A stretch of 64,000 nucleotides of DNA, taken from IMG/VR virus record IMGVR_UViG_3300050150_000084, positions 19,052 through 83,051 of that record. The stretch is one strand, 5' to 3'. Each line of letters starts with the position of its first letter. Position 1 is the stretch's first letter. The stretch is from a virus. The notes beneath the pieces were generated by a model. That model did not search any database, had not been told where the DNA came from, and saw nothing but the letters and a program-made list of their open reading frames with translations. Made by a program: the position numbers and the translations under genes. This document shows positions 1-8,928 of this stretch, piece after piece.

Positions 1-2372
1 TGGTTTACCATGGACTTCCACGTACTCTCGATGAATTGGAACAAGCCAACAGCAGAAGACGAAGGAGCGCGGAGATTCCGACCCATGCTGGATTCTTGCG
101 CGGCAAACTGTGCCAGTGTTACTACATTCACACCGTACCGGTTTGCAGCATCCACGATAGCAGAACGAACCGACGGATCAGCACTGTCCCACCCACGCAC
201 ATCCGACGGTGATTTAGCGCCAGAATTGACGGTCTGAGAGTCTTGGCGGTTAGTTGGTTGGGTTGATCCTGACGGAGGTGTCGTAGGAACAGCAACAGTT
301 GGTTGATTGGACGAAACAGAGCCAGCCGTACCTGTAGCACCGCAGCCAACTGCATTGTTGAAGCACGAGTCAACTGAGGCAGGGGCGCTCACGCTCCTAG
401 TGGCGTTGGTCTTCGAAGCCTCGAAAGCGCTACGCTTCGGAATTCCAAGCATCTGCAACTTTTGCGTAAACACACCATTGTCAAAAATGTGGTCCATCCC
501 GTACACATAGTAATACCCGTCAAACCAAAAATCAACCGCATAATCAGTCGACCCGACCGAGTCATCACGTGCTCCAGCTGTGTTTGATCCCGTGAACAGG
601 TCGACATCATTGTTATTGCGAGGCATCTTGATGCGAACTTTGGCAAACGCAGGGACATATGACCAATCCGCAAAGTTAGCTTCCGTTGGAGTATTTGTTT
701 CAGTAGTATTTCGTGCTGCAGCACGCCGGATAGCAGCAGGAGAAGTCGTCTCATTTGCGGACCCAAGCAACAGATCATTGCCCACAATCGTCATGCTAGC
801 TTCTGTGACTTCCAAGGACGCATGTTTTGACATCGTATACGCTGATTGAATGGCATTGCTTGCGTTCTGTTGGTTCGCAAACATAGGCGCCTTCATGTGC
901 GATCCGAAGAACACTGGTGTCTGCACCAATTGACCTAACTTGGTGCCAACGTTCTGCAAATCCTGGTTAGCAGGCTGTGTCATCACATTTGCGGTGCGTT
1001 CACGTTGGCCCTTAAATGTGTTTGATAGCGTAGCGGTCTGCAGATAAGCCATGCCAAGGTTGACCTTCATGTCAAACTCCAGAACGTCGATGTTCCGGCC
1101 GGTGTACATGTAGTCAAACTCAATAATGTTGCGACGCAACATGTTGTACTTGGGGTCTGACTTTAGCTGGTCGTCATTTGTAGTGGCTAGAACTTCAAAC
1201 TCCGGTTGGACAGCAATGGTCTTAGGAGTAATGAAGCGTTCAACACGGTAGTAGATGGTGTAGTCCATCAACCCGTCGTTGCCTGGCTGTGATTCAAGCG
1301 CCGAGTGGATCTTGTATTCGTATTTGATCTTATCCGACGCATCTCCTGTAGCGGCTTCTTCTTGAACTCGTGGACACATCTGCATGATTGTGCTAATTGC
1401 ACCCTCAATGCTTGTCTGTGTTGGGAATGAGATTTGGGCTTTGTCGTTACAGCCCGCACCGTTCTTATAGATGTTTGTTTGGTTGGATACTGTGTACTTG
1501 ATCTGACCCGTCTCATCTTTGTAATCTGGGCCTACTTCAATCTCATACTTCACCTTGCGGAGCGTCTTGGCTAGCTCTGCTCCACCCTCCATCTGAGACA
1601 CAGTTTGATACACACAATCAAAGTACTTGTCGTATCCTTCATTGATGTTGTCCTGCAGTTTCTTGAGCGTCTGCTCAAGACTATCTCCAGCAGTTAAGTT
1701 CATCGAATTTACTGCTTTGCTGTACTGTGGCAACCGGGCGGCGCCGTGACCAGCTCCAACAAACATCATCTCATATTCGCCACCACGTTCTGTGAAGGAT
1801 CCTGTCGCGTCATACGCAATGAAAGTCAGGCCCGGAACGTCCGAGATTACGGCTGCGGATTGATCCTCACCACCATTATCCAGGTGACCAACAAAGATCG
1901 TCTTCAATACGTATACAACTTGTGAACTGTCAACTCCGAGTGCAATACTGCACTTAACCACCTGATCGAGGAACGCAACCCCCTTTGGTTCAGCTACAGA
2001 AATTGAGCCTTCAACGGCAATTGACGTGCCGCGGTCGCGCGGCACGGCACCCGACGCTGTTAGTGTTGACCAAGTAGCGCGTTGGATTACATATGACGCG
2101 TCGGTTGATCCATTGATCAAGATCGCATAACGGCCACTCGTCTCCACCTTGGGGTCGATCAGTTTTGGGGCGTACATTCCCAAATCTTCAACACCAACAT
2201 ATGAAGTATTGGCTGGCGGTGGTGCTTTTGTGGCGTCCGTTGCATGCATCCAAGCATTGACGTCAGCTTTTGTTGATAAAAGGTCTGCAGTTTGGCTACA
2301 ATCGCACATCGCTAGGACGTGGTAGTAGCTATATGAACGGAATTTCGCTAAGCGACTTGCGGGTGTTGACAT
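1..2372 (-). CDS. Baseplate hub-like protein with a C-terminal lytic transglycosylase (SLT) domain; partial, runs off the left edge
   Basis: ATG at 2372 (MSTPASRLAKFRSYSYYHVL). The frame appears open to the edge (spot-checked; absent from the ORF track because it has no stop). Near the edge it reads VRSAIVDAANRYGVNVVTLAQFAAQESSMGRNLRAPSSSAVGLFQFIESTW, i.e. the SLT catalytic ES plus GLFQF motifs. It follows tube-cap-like and LysM-like genes. Confidence 0.75.
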   Translation of the reverse strand, partial: MSTPASRLAKFRSYSYYHVLAMCDCSQTADLLSTKADVNAWMHATDATKAPPPANTSYVGVEDLGMYAPKLIDPKVETSGRYAILINGSTDASYVIQRATWSTLTASGAVPRDRGTSIAVEGSISVAEPKGVAFLDQVVKCSIALGVDSSQVVYVLKTIFVGHLDNGGEDQSAAVISDVPGLTFIAYDATGSFTERGGEYEMMFVGAGHGAARLPQYSKAVNSMNLTAGDSLEQTLKKLQDNINEGYDKYFDCVYQTVSQMEGGAELAKTLRKVKYEIEVGPDYKDETGQIKYTVSNQTNIYKNGAGCNDKAQISFPTQTSIEGAISTIMQMCPRVQEEAATGDASDKIKYEYKIHSALESQPGNDGLMDYTIYYRVERFITPKTIAVQPEFEVLATTNDDQLKSDPKYNMLRRNIIEFDYMYTGRNIDVLEFDMKVNLGMAYLQTATLSNTFKGQRERTANVMTQPANQDLQNVGTKLGQLVQTPVFFGSHMKAPMFANQQNASNAIQSAYTMSKHASLEVTEASMTIVGNDLLLGSANETTSPAAIRRAAARNTTETNTPTEANFADWSYVPAFAKVRIKMPRNNNDVDLFTGSNTAGARDDSVGSTDYAVDFWFDGYYYVYGMDHIFDNGVFTQKLQMLGIPKRSAFEASKTNATRSVSAPASVDSCFNNAVGCGATGTAGSVSSNQPTVAVPTTPPSGSTQPTNRQDSQTVNSGAKSPSDVRGWDSADPSVRSAIVDAANRYGVNVVTLAQFAAQESSMGRNLRAPSSSAVGLFQFIESTWKSMVN

Positions 2373-2389
2373 TATCTGTCCCGATTATG

Positions 2390-2710
2390 TTATTTTGAGG
2401 ACGAAAGGATTTCGCCGTATAGACGAGCGGTTGTGGGGAGATAGATTTCAGCCCCCTCTACAAATTCGTCCATGATATCAATGATTGTGTTATACTGCAG
2501 AATGAACCACTGCATTGACGCTTTACCGTACAAATCATACGCTAGTAGGTCCGGCCGGTGTTGGTACCTACGAGGGATTGTGTACTTGATGTCTGTAGGT
2601 GACTTCTTATAAATGCGGCGCTCCCACCACCGAATTCCACCATTGACAACTTCTGAGGTGCCACCTTTTTGATAGCGTCCGCCGTTTTGTTGGTCTGACC
2701 GTGTTGCCAT
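2390..2710 (-). CDS. Baseplate wedge/LysM-like protein (T4 gp53 / P2 gpX-like)
   Basis: YQHRPDLLAYDLYG..WFILQYN motif; located between the tube-cap-like gene and the hub. Confidence 0.7.
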   Translation of the reverse strand: MATRSDQQNGGRYQKGGTSEVVNGGIRWWERRIYKKSPTDIKYTIPRRYQHRPDLLAYDLYGKASMQWFILQYNTIIDIMDEFVEGAEIYLPTTARLYGEILSSSK

Positions 2711-2711
2711 A

Positions 2712-3458
2712 TTAGAATCCTGTTAGGTTGCCCATCTTGTAACTCAAGAGGTCAAATTCTTCGTACTCGCGCGGAGAGTGTGTCTCAATCAGCGAGATTG
2801 TGACATCCATCTTACGTGGGAATGGTTGTGCTTTGTCCATGTTGATCAGTTGACCATCCGCGTCAACCTCTGCAACTGGAATATAATCAACATCTTCAGG
2901 GTAGGTGATTTCTAAGTTGGTCATCACCACAGGAACACGGGCAATGTTAATGATTGGCGTGCTCATAGAGCGTTGACCGTCTTGGTTAGCGGAATACGCA
3001 TACAAGAACAGAACGTCAGGCGGAGCGCCCCGCAGCTGTACACCTTCGCTGGTGATACGTTCTTCCTGGGTCTGGCCGCTGGAATTACCGGATTGGCGAC
3101 GTGAGTCGCGATTGGCTTGCTGGTTTGCATGCAGTGTGTCAGTCTTACCGAAGTACGGCAGCATCCAACTACGAAGCAGTTGAAGGTAGCGCATATTTGT
3201 TCGCGCATCGTCAACGTTGCGCGAGAGTAAGTGTGCACCAATTGAGAATGTCCGCGAGTTTGTTCGTTTGTACACCTGAATTGATCCAGGCATGTGAATA
3301 GGAGCAAGCGCTTCATATTCAGCAGACCGAGATTCTGTGAAGTTTGGCGTTGCCTCGAACACAACACCGGATTGTCGGATTGTGGTGATGTCGCCCGACT
3401 TCCACTTGGATACAGGAACTAGACGCACTTTGTAGTTGTTTATTGAATCATAAGCCAT
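2712..3458 (-). CDS. Baseplate tail-tube cap/initiator-like protein (gp48 / P2 gpU-like)
   Basis: FEATPNFTESRSAEY..RTFSIGAHL..PPDVLFL..PVVMTNLEITYP pattern; gene context; late box upstream. Confidence 0.5.
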   Translation of the reverse strand: MAYDSINNYKVRLVPVSKWKSGDITTIRQSGVVFEATPNFTESRSAEYEALAPIHMPGSIQVYKRTNSRTFSIGAHLLSRNVDDARTNMRYLQLLRSWMLPYFGKTDTLHANQQANRDSRRQSGNSSGQTQEERITSEGVQLRGAPPDVLFLYAYSANQDGQRSMSTPIINIARVPVVMTNLEITYPEDVDYIPVAEVDADGQLINMDKAQPFPRKMDVTISLIETHSPREYEEFDLLSYKMGNLTGF

Positions 3459-3485
3459 ACGGATACCAACTCTCTTTAGGTTTTG

Positions 3486-3492
3486 TATTTAT
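3486..3492 (-). promoter_or_regulatory. gp55-type late promoter ATAAATA for the baseplate operon
   Basis: tatttat on the + strand, about 30 nt upstream of the ATG at 3458. Confidence 0.65.
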
Positions 3493-3496
3493 CCCG

Positions 3497-3525
3497 TTGC
3501 CCTTGCCAATTTTTTGGCGTACTAT
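3497..3525 (+). promoter_or_regulatory. sigma70-type promoter for gp55-gp47-gp46
   Basis: TTGCCC-N17-TACTAT. Confidence 0.55.
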
Positions 3526-3560
3526 CAACTCAAAACCTCACCAAGAAGGTTAAAAACCAC

Positions 3561-4175
3561 ATGGCAACCAAAAACTACCCCACATCAATTACACAAAACG
3601 GTCGTACGATCTATCTCAACAATAAGGAACTGCTAGCTGAGTACAAGGCGTCGCAGGAGAAGGGCGAAATGTCCAACACATTCGCCAAGATGCTGCAATT
3701 GCTGTGTTCGCGGTATGCTATGAAGGGCAGTTACAGCGGCTATTCATACAATCAAGACATGCAAGCGTACGCTATGATGATGATTGTGCGAACCTGGAAG
3801 AGTTTCAATCCTGAAGTCAGTAGCAATCCATTCGCATTCTACACCCAGTGCATTAAGAACTCGTTCTCACAATATCTGAAGCACGAAAAGAAACATCGTG
3901 TGTTGCGCGACAAGATGATGATTGCACAGGGGCTAAATCCTTCGTTTGGTTTCAACGAAGATGGTAGTGATCGACACTACATTGAAGATGAGCAAGACTT
4001 CGACACTCTTTCGTCTGGCATTGAGCGCCAACAAAAGGTTCAATTCATTGATGCTCCAATCGAACGCGATGAGAATGGTCGCGAAATCATTGACCAAGAG
4101 GTTGCGGAAATGGCTGACGAATTGGCAGCCGTTGAGCTGGATGATGCTGATAGCAGCGAGGACAGCTTGGCATGA
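3561..4175 (+). CDS. gp55: Late-transcription sigma factor (T4 gp55-like)
   Basis: YLNNKELLAEY..YSYNQDM..FNPEVSSNPFAFYTQCIKNSF..EKK; adjacent to gp47/gp46 as in T4. Start set at ATG 3561. Confidence 0.9.
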   Translation: MATKNYPTSITQNGRTIYLNNKELLAEYKASQEKGEMSNTFAKMLQLLCSRYAMKGSYSGYSYNQDMQAYAMMMIVRTWKSFNPEVSSNPFAFYTQCIKNSFSQYLKHEKKHRVLRDKMMIAQGLNPSFGFNEDGSDRHYIEDEQDFDTLSSGIERQQKVQFIDAPIERDENGREIIDQEVAEMADELAAVELDDADSSEDSLA

Positions 4176-5227
4176 CACAACTGAAGAAAGGTGCGTTTCT
4201 TACCGACATCCACTTCGGCAAGAAGTCCAACTCACCAATACACAATCAAGACTGTCTAAACCACCTGCGGTGGTTTTGTGAGCAAGTGCGGGCCGATCCA
4301 ACGATCGATTACGTTGGGTTCTTGGGTGATTGGAATGAAAACCGTAGCGCCATCAACCTAGCAACTCTGACGTATTCGTATACTGGCGCAAAAATGCTAA
4401 ACGACTTAGGTCTACCAGTTTACTTTGTTGTTGGGAATCACGACCTGTATCATCGACATACGCGAGAAATCTACTCCGTCCTACCATTCCAGGAGTTTTC
4501 GAATTTTCGTGTGATCGATACCCCAACGATTATTCCAGAAATAGGGGATGGGGCCTTTTTCAGTCCGTATCTATTTCACGAAGAGTACGACAAGCTGGAC
4601 GAGTATCTGAGTCTACCGTTTTGGGCAGGACACTTCGAATTTCAAGGTTTCCGCGTTACCGGTTACAGCATGGTAATGCAACACGGACCTGACCACAAAA
4701 AGTTCGCGGGCCCAGAACACATTCTGTCAGGCCATTTCCATCAACGACAGCAGAAGGACAACATTGTATACATCGGCAACACATTTCCAATGGACTTTGG
4801 TGACGTTGGTGATTACAGTCGAGGTATGGCCGTATACGACCATACCATCCGCGATGTAACATTCCAAGATTGGCCGGACGCTCCCCTTTACCTCCGGTTC
4901 AAGGTGTCAAAGATCCTGGATGGAGGTATTATTATACGTCCTCAGTCACGGGTGAAATGTGTCTTAGATGAGGAATTGTCACTTGAAGAGACAAACAATC
5001 TACGGGAACTAATGATGAAGCAATTTGAATTGCGTGAATTCACATACGAAGAGCCCAAAGATGCTGTCGAAGCCATCAGCGGAACGGAAACGGACGTTGA
5101 TGTTCCTGAAGCATCGGGTGATACAGACGGAACGACGATTGATGACTTGATTGTTCAGATGCTCTCAGACATCAAATCAGACCAAATTGATAACGCCCTA
5201 CTAATACAACAATACCGGCGCCTCTAA
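4172..5227 (+). CDS. gp47: Recombination nuclease, Mre11/SbcD-like (gp47)
   Basis: Metallophosphoesterase motifs TDIHFG, LGD, VGNHD, GHFH. Confidence 0.93.
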   Translation: MTQLKKGAFLTDIHFGKKSNSPIHNQDCLNHLRWFCEQVRADPTIDYVGFLGDWNENRSAINLATLTYSYTGAKMLNDLGLPVYFVVGNHDLYHRHTREIYSVLPFQEFSNFRVIDTPTIIPEIGDGAFFSPYLFHEEYDKLDEYLSLPFWAGHFEFQGFRVTGYSMVMQHGPDHKKFAGPEHILSGHFHQRQQKDNIVYIGNTFPMDFGDVGDYSRGMAVYDHTIRDVTFQDWPDAPLYLRFKVSKILDGGIIIRPQSRVKCVLDEELSLEETNNLRELMMKQFELREFTYEEPKDAVEAISGTETDVDVPEASGDTDGTTIDDLIVQMLSDIKSDQIDNALLIQQYRRL

Positions 5228-6985
5228 ATGATTGAGTTCATTTCCATCTCCCTACGCAATTTCCTGTCGTACGGGAACAACTTAACCACAGTACCCCTCA
5301 ACATCAGCGGAACCACTCTGATTGTTGGGGAGAACCTAGACCACATCGACGGCGGTAGTAACGGCGTTGGTAAATCAACAGCCGTGCTCACCGCTTTGGT
5401 GTATGTCTTGTTTGATAAATCACCCCGCAAAGTCCCTGTTGACAGCCTCGTCAACAACGTCAACAAAAAGCAGATGGAAGTGATCTTGGAGTTTGCTGTC
5501 AATGGCAAGCATTACAAGATCCACCGGATGCGCAAGATGAAGGCTGGTGCAGAGGGTAACAAGGTATTCTTCTACGAAGACGGCAAGGACATCACTGTTG
5601 TACCTAATGGTGATACCAACAAGATTATTGCCCAAACAATCGGTATTCCTGCTGATATGTTTGAGCAGATCGTTGCATTCAAGGCCAGCACAGAAGGCTT
5701 TCTGGATTTGCCCAGCCCGAAGCAAAAAGAGTTCATTGAAGAGATTTTTGGTATTACTGTCATTTCCGACAAGGCTGACAAGCTGCGTACATTGATCAAG
5801 GATACCAAGAAGGAACTCGTGCACAAAAAGAGCACGATTGATCAACTAATTCGTGAACATGAGCGGCATTCTACTCTTATCGAAACAGCCAAGCGTCGCG
5901 TTTCGGATTGGGTGATTCAAAACGCCAAAACCGTTGCAGATTTGAAAACCAAGCTGGCGAAGATTGACAACATTGACTTCGACGCTGAGCGTGAACTTCA
6001 CGCCAAAGTTGCTGAAGTACAATCTGCGATTCGTGAACTGCGATCAGAGCTCAAGCTTGAGGACCGCACAATTGCTGATCTGAATACCGCACTGCGTAAG
6101 ATTGCTGAGGAGTTGATCCATCTGCGGGATAACAAGTGTCCGTACTGCATGCAGGGACACCCCGACGCCGCAACAAACATCACTCGTCTGTCAACCCAAC
6201 AAATTGCACTGAACGAGGAGTTAGCAGAGGCCACAGAGGTGCGTCAGATGATCAGCCGTAAGATCACACAACTCGAGCGGGAGGCAGAAACGGTGTCTGC
6301 GAAGATTACTGTGCCTAATTTGACTGAGTTGTTGGCCATCCGCGATCAAGCATCTTCGTTCCGACAGCGTATCGCTGAAGGTGAAGTGGCGCAGAATCCG
6401 TATGAGGAACCTCTGCAAGAGCTGCTAGACGTCAAGCTTGATGAGGTTGATTATGAGCAGGCTAACGCTCTAGACAAGGAATTGAAACATCAAGACTTCT
6501 TGCTCAAGCTCCTGACGAAGAATGATAGTTTCGTTCGTAAGGCATTGCTGAATAAGAACCTGCCGTATCTGAATAAGCAGTTGAAGAACTACCTAGCGGA
6601 TCTCGGATTGCCACATTCTATTGAGTTCACCCATGAGCTTGACGTTATGATCACCAAACTTGGTAGTGAGTTCGACGTCGGCCTGATGTCTACGGGGCAA
6701 CGCGCTCGCATTCACTTTGCGCTATCTTTGGCGTTTCGTGATGTGCGGTCTCGTCTGTACGGTCGAACAAACCTTACTGTATTCGATGAAGTGCTAGATT
6801 ATGGCCTGGATGCTGGCGGAGTTACTGCTTGCGCATACTTGATCAAGCATCTAGCTCGCACACATAAGACCTCTACTTTTGTGATCTCTCACCGTGCTGA
6901 AATTGACGGTATGTTCGACCGCAAAATGACGGTTCAACTCAGCAAGGGGTTCAGCGGAATTCTCCAGGAACCGCTACCAGCATAA
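5228..6985 (+). CDS. gp46: Recombination ATPase, Rad50/SbcC-like (gp46)
   Basis: Walker A GSNGVGKS, coiled coils, zinc hook CPYC, signature MSTGQ, Walker B VFDE, H-loop ISH. Confidence 0.93.
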   Translation: MIEFISISLRNFLSYGNNLTTVPLNISGTTLIVGENLDHIDGGSNGVGKSTAVLTALVYVLFDKSPRKVPVDSLVNNVNKKQMEVILEFAVNGKHYKIHRMRKMKAGAEGNKVFFYEDGKDITVVPNGDTNKIIAQTIGIPADMFEQIVAFKASTEGFLDLPSPKQKEFIEEIFGITVISDKADKLRTLIKDTKKELVHKKSTIDQLIREHERHSTLIETAKRRVSDWVIQNAKTVADLKTKLAKIDNIDFDAERELHAKVAEVQSAIRELRSELKLEDRTIADLNTALRKIAEELIHLRDNKCPYCMQGHPDAATNITRLSTQQIALNEELAEATEVRQMISRKITQLEREAETVSAKITVPNLTELLAIRDQASSFRQRIAEGEVAQNPYEEPLQELLDVKLDEVDYEQANALDKELKHQDFLLKLLTKNDSFVRKALLNKNLPYLNKQLKNYLADLGLPHSIEFTHELDVMITKLGSEFDVGLMSTGQRARIHFALSLAFRDVRSRLYGRTNLTVFDEVLDYGLDAGGVTACAYLIKHLARTHKTSTFVISHRAEIDGMFDRKMTVQLSKGFSGILQEPLPA

Positions 6986-7031
6986 GAATCACTGCCATTT
7001 TACCCTCTTAAATAGGTTTAGAGAGGGTAAA

Positions 7032-7514
7032 ATGGCACTTGTACTGGGAATTGACCAATCGTATACTAGCTGTGGATACGTATTGTGGAACACTGAATCA
7101 CAGCAGATGGAAGAATTCGGACGGTTTACAACCGAAAAAACGGACACTACATACGCCCGTGCGTTGTCAACCGCAAAGAAAATCTGTGAACTGATCAAGA
7201 AACATAATCCAACGATGCTTAAAGCAGAAGGATTGGCTTTCGGAATCAGAGGGGATGCAACTCGAGACTTGGCTGGATTGTTGTTTACGATCGTCAATCT
7301 TGTTGCTTACGAGCACCCCACTATCGTATTCAAGGAATACGCACCTACTTCGGTGAAAAAGAAGGCCACAGGAAGTGGCAAGGCTGATAAAAAGGCAATG
7401 ATAGAAGCACTCTCAGACGACGTTCGACAGAAGTTTTTAGACGCAGGCTTTAAGAAGACTACCGGTCTCACGGATTTGACCGACGCGTATTGGATTGCGC
7501 GCATGCCGGACTGA
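7032..7514 (+). CDS. ruvC: RuvC-like Holliday junction resolvase
   Basis: VLGIDQS, AEGLAF, PTSVKKKATGSGKADK, DAYWIA; late box TAAATA at 7009-7014. Confidence 0.88.
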   Translation: MALVLGIDQSYTSCGYVLWNTESQQMEEFGRFTTEKTDTTYARALSTAKKICELIKKHNPTMLKAEGLAFGIRGDATRDLAGLLFTIVNLVAYEHPTIVFKEYAPTSVKKKATGSGKADKKAMIEALSDDVRQKFLDAGFKKTTGLTDLTDAYWIARMPD

Positions 7515-7529
7515 AACAATACAGTATAA

Positions 7530-7842
7530 CTAGAAACGTCAGGTGGTGATACCCTTCTCCCACCGGTGTAGGAACAGAGTGCGTGGAGCCGCACTAACGA
7601 GCCTGTGGTATAGAGCCCACCAAAGTTGACCACCTTGGGAGTTATGGCCACTTTTCATACAATTGTTCACTTCTGTGAACCGTGAGGTACTTCCAATCAG
7701 CTACGAAAACGCGGGGCAGGGATTGATAATTCCCTTTAACCGCGTTACTTCACCGCTAGAGATTGTTGAGTGAAGGGTACCGAACTCAACAATCTCTCCG
7801 GCTGCCAAGCCGGTCTCTCTATGATGCCTGCGTGGAGCTGGC
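7530..7842 (+). ncRNA. Candidate highly structured non-coding RNA of unknown class
   Basis: Intergenic ~310 nt with at least 7 hairpins, including a perfect 14-bp stem (7758-7771/7784-7797). Three loop-to-distal pairings: 7550-7557/7772-7779, 7609-7615/7817-7823 and 7635-7642/7689-7696. G-U pairs favour the + strand. Confidence 0.6.
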
Positions 7843-8070
7843 TTAGTATTGCGGATACATCTTCTTCGATTCCACCTCGAGCCGATCCTCCACGAACTCA
7901 CTTACCATACTTCGCTCAAATGACGACATGGACATCATGGTTTCGTATTGAACCGCTCCGCGCATGAAATACACCAGTTGAATGATCGATTTGATAATAC
8001 GCCTCCGGTCATTGACCATTGAGGAGAACATTTGCTGCTTCTCCTCAATCGTTCCAGATCGGAGGGTCAT
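7843..8070 (-). CDS. Small baseplate-hub/tail assembly chaperone partner (gp51-like); possibly also the -1 frameshift extension of the upstream gene
   Basis: 75 aa; ATGA overlap with the upstream stop; preceded by a T8 run and no clear SD. Confidence 0.6.
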   Translation of the reverse strand: MTLRSGTIEEKQQMFSSMVNDRRRIIKSIIQLVYFMRGAVQYETMMSMSSFERSMVSEFVEDRLEVESKKMYPQY

Positions 8071-8855
8071 GAAAAAAAACTTACTGGATTTGCAGATACC
8101 TGGACGTGGGCCTCCTCACCGCAATCAGGACACTTTTGGCGTGATGTGAAATCCACACCCCACTGACTGACCATTTGTGCCGCACCTTCAATCTTGCGCT
8201 TCCACCCAAGCGGGATGGACTTAACCCACTCACGGATTTGCTGCTTATCCGTCACGTCATCGACGCGTCGAATCACGTTGGACAGCGTGTCCAACACCAG
8301 CTGCTCCGCCTCATTAATGCTGAGCTCGTCCTCTTTCATTAGAGCAGTTGTTTGATACAACTCAATCACATTGTCGTACGTCAGTGGCTTCAGGGTAACA
8401 ATCTGACCATTTGGTACCGTACACGTGTATTCTTGGTTAATTGACGTTGGGTCAACTACCTTGGTTTCACGGATCATTTGTTGAATGTCGACGCTAAATG
8501 TGTGGGTCTTTGCGTTAGCGCAATCGTGGGTATATGTGACTTCCATCGCATCGCCAAACGACACAGAGCGCAAACACACCATCAGAAAGTCCACATCACG
8601 CGTCAACAGCTTCTCAGGCTTGATCACTTGTGGAATGCACCGAGCGAAAATCTCCATGATTGCACGGCCAGACAGCAGCTTGTCTGGTGTCGCCAGCACA
8701 ATTTCATCCACAGCGGTCATCGGATACACCTCAACTTCACCCTTCGTCACGCCTTCGGCAAGTTCTCCGTCCTCGTAGAATAGACCTTGGGATGGCAGAC
8801 GGAATGTAGCACCGGGGATGCGGATTTTGGCTAGTAGTGGATTGGTGTTGGACAT
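8067..8855 (-). CDS. Baseplate hub assembly protein / tail chaperone (T4 gp26-like)
   Basis: LPSQGLFY..VYPMTAVDE..DVDFLMVCLRSVSFG; CxxC near the end (CPDCG); terminal FFS; divergent from the tape measure gene. Confidence 0.75.
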   Translation of the reverse strand: MSNTNPLLAKIRIPGATFRLPSQGLFYEDGELAEGVTKGEVEVYPMTAVDEIVLATPDKLLSGRAIMEIFARCIPQVIKPEKLLTRDVDFLMVCLRSVSFGDAMEVTYTHDCANAKTHTFSVDIQQMIRETKVVDPTSINQEYTCTVPNGQIVTLKPLTYDNVIELYQTTALMKEDELSINEAEQLVLDTLSNVIRRVDDVTDKQQIREWVKSIPLGWKRKIEGAAQMVSQWGVDFTSRQKCPDCGEEAHVQVSANPVSFFS

Positions 8856-8876
8856 AGTTTCTCCTTATGTGTGTGG

Positions 8877-8906
8877 TATTTAATACAGGGATCAATAACG
8901 TAAATA
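8877..8906. promoter_or_regulatory. Divergent pair of late promoters (gp26-like on -, tape measure on +)
   Basis: tattta at 8877-8882 (TAAATA on -) and taaata at 8901-8906. Confidence 0.6.
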
Positions 8907-8928
8907 CCACAATCTCAAGGGTAAACAT

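Noticed and set aside
7032-7514. RuvC as a TnpB/Cas12/IscB-type RNA-guided nuclease
   Set aside because: It is only 160 aa with a contiguous resolvase-type RuvC, and lacks a zinc finger, HNH, REC/WED region or transposon ends. Any link to the downstream RNA remains speculation.
7605-7725. tmRNA or tRNA suggested by CCCACCA (7617-7623) and GGGGC (7712)
   Set aside because: There is no TTCGA T-loop before the CCA, and no matching acceptor stem or tag frame.
7600-7825. Group I intron, RNase P or hammerhead identity for the structured region
   Set aside because: I found no ordered P/Q/R/S elements, no GAGGAAAGUCC and no CUGAUGA/GAAA core, and the flanking genes are not interrupted.
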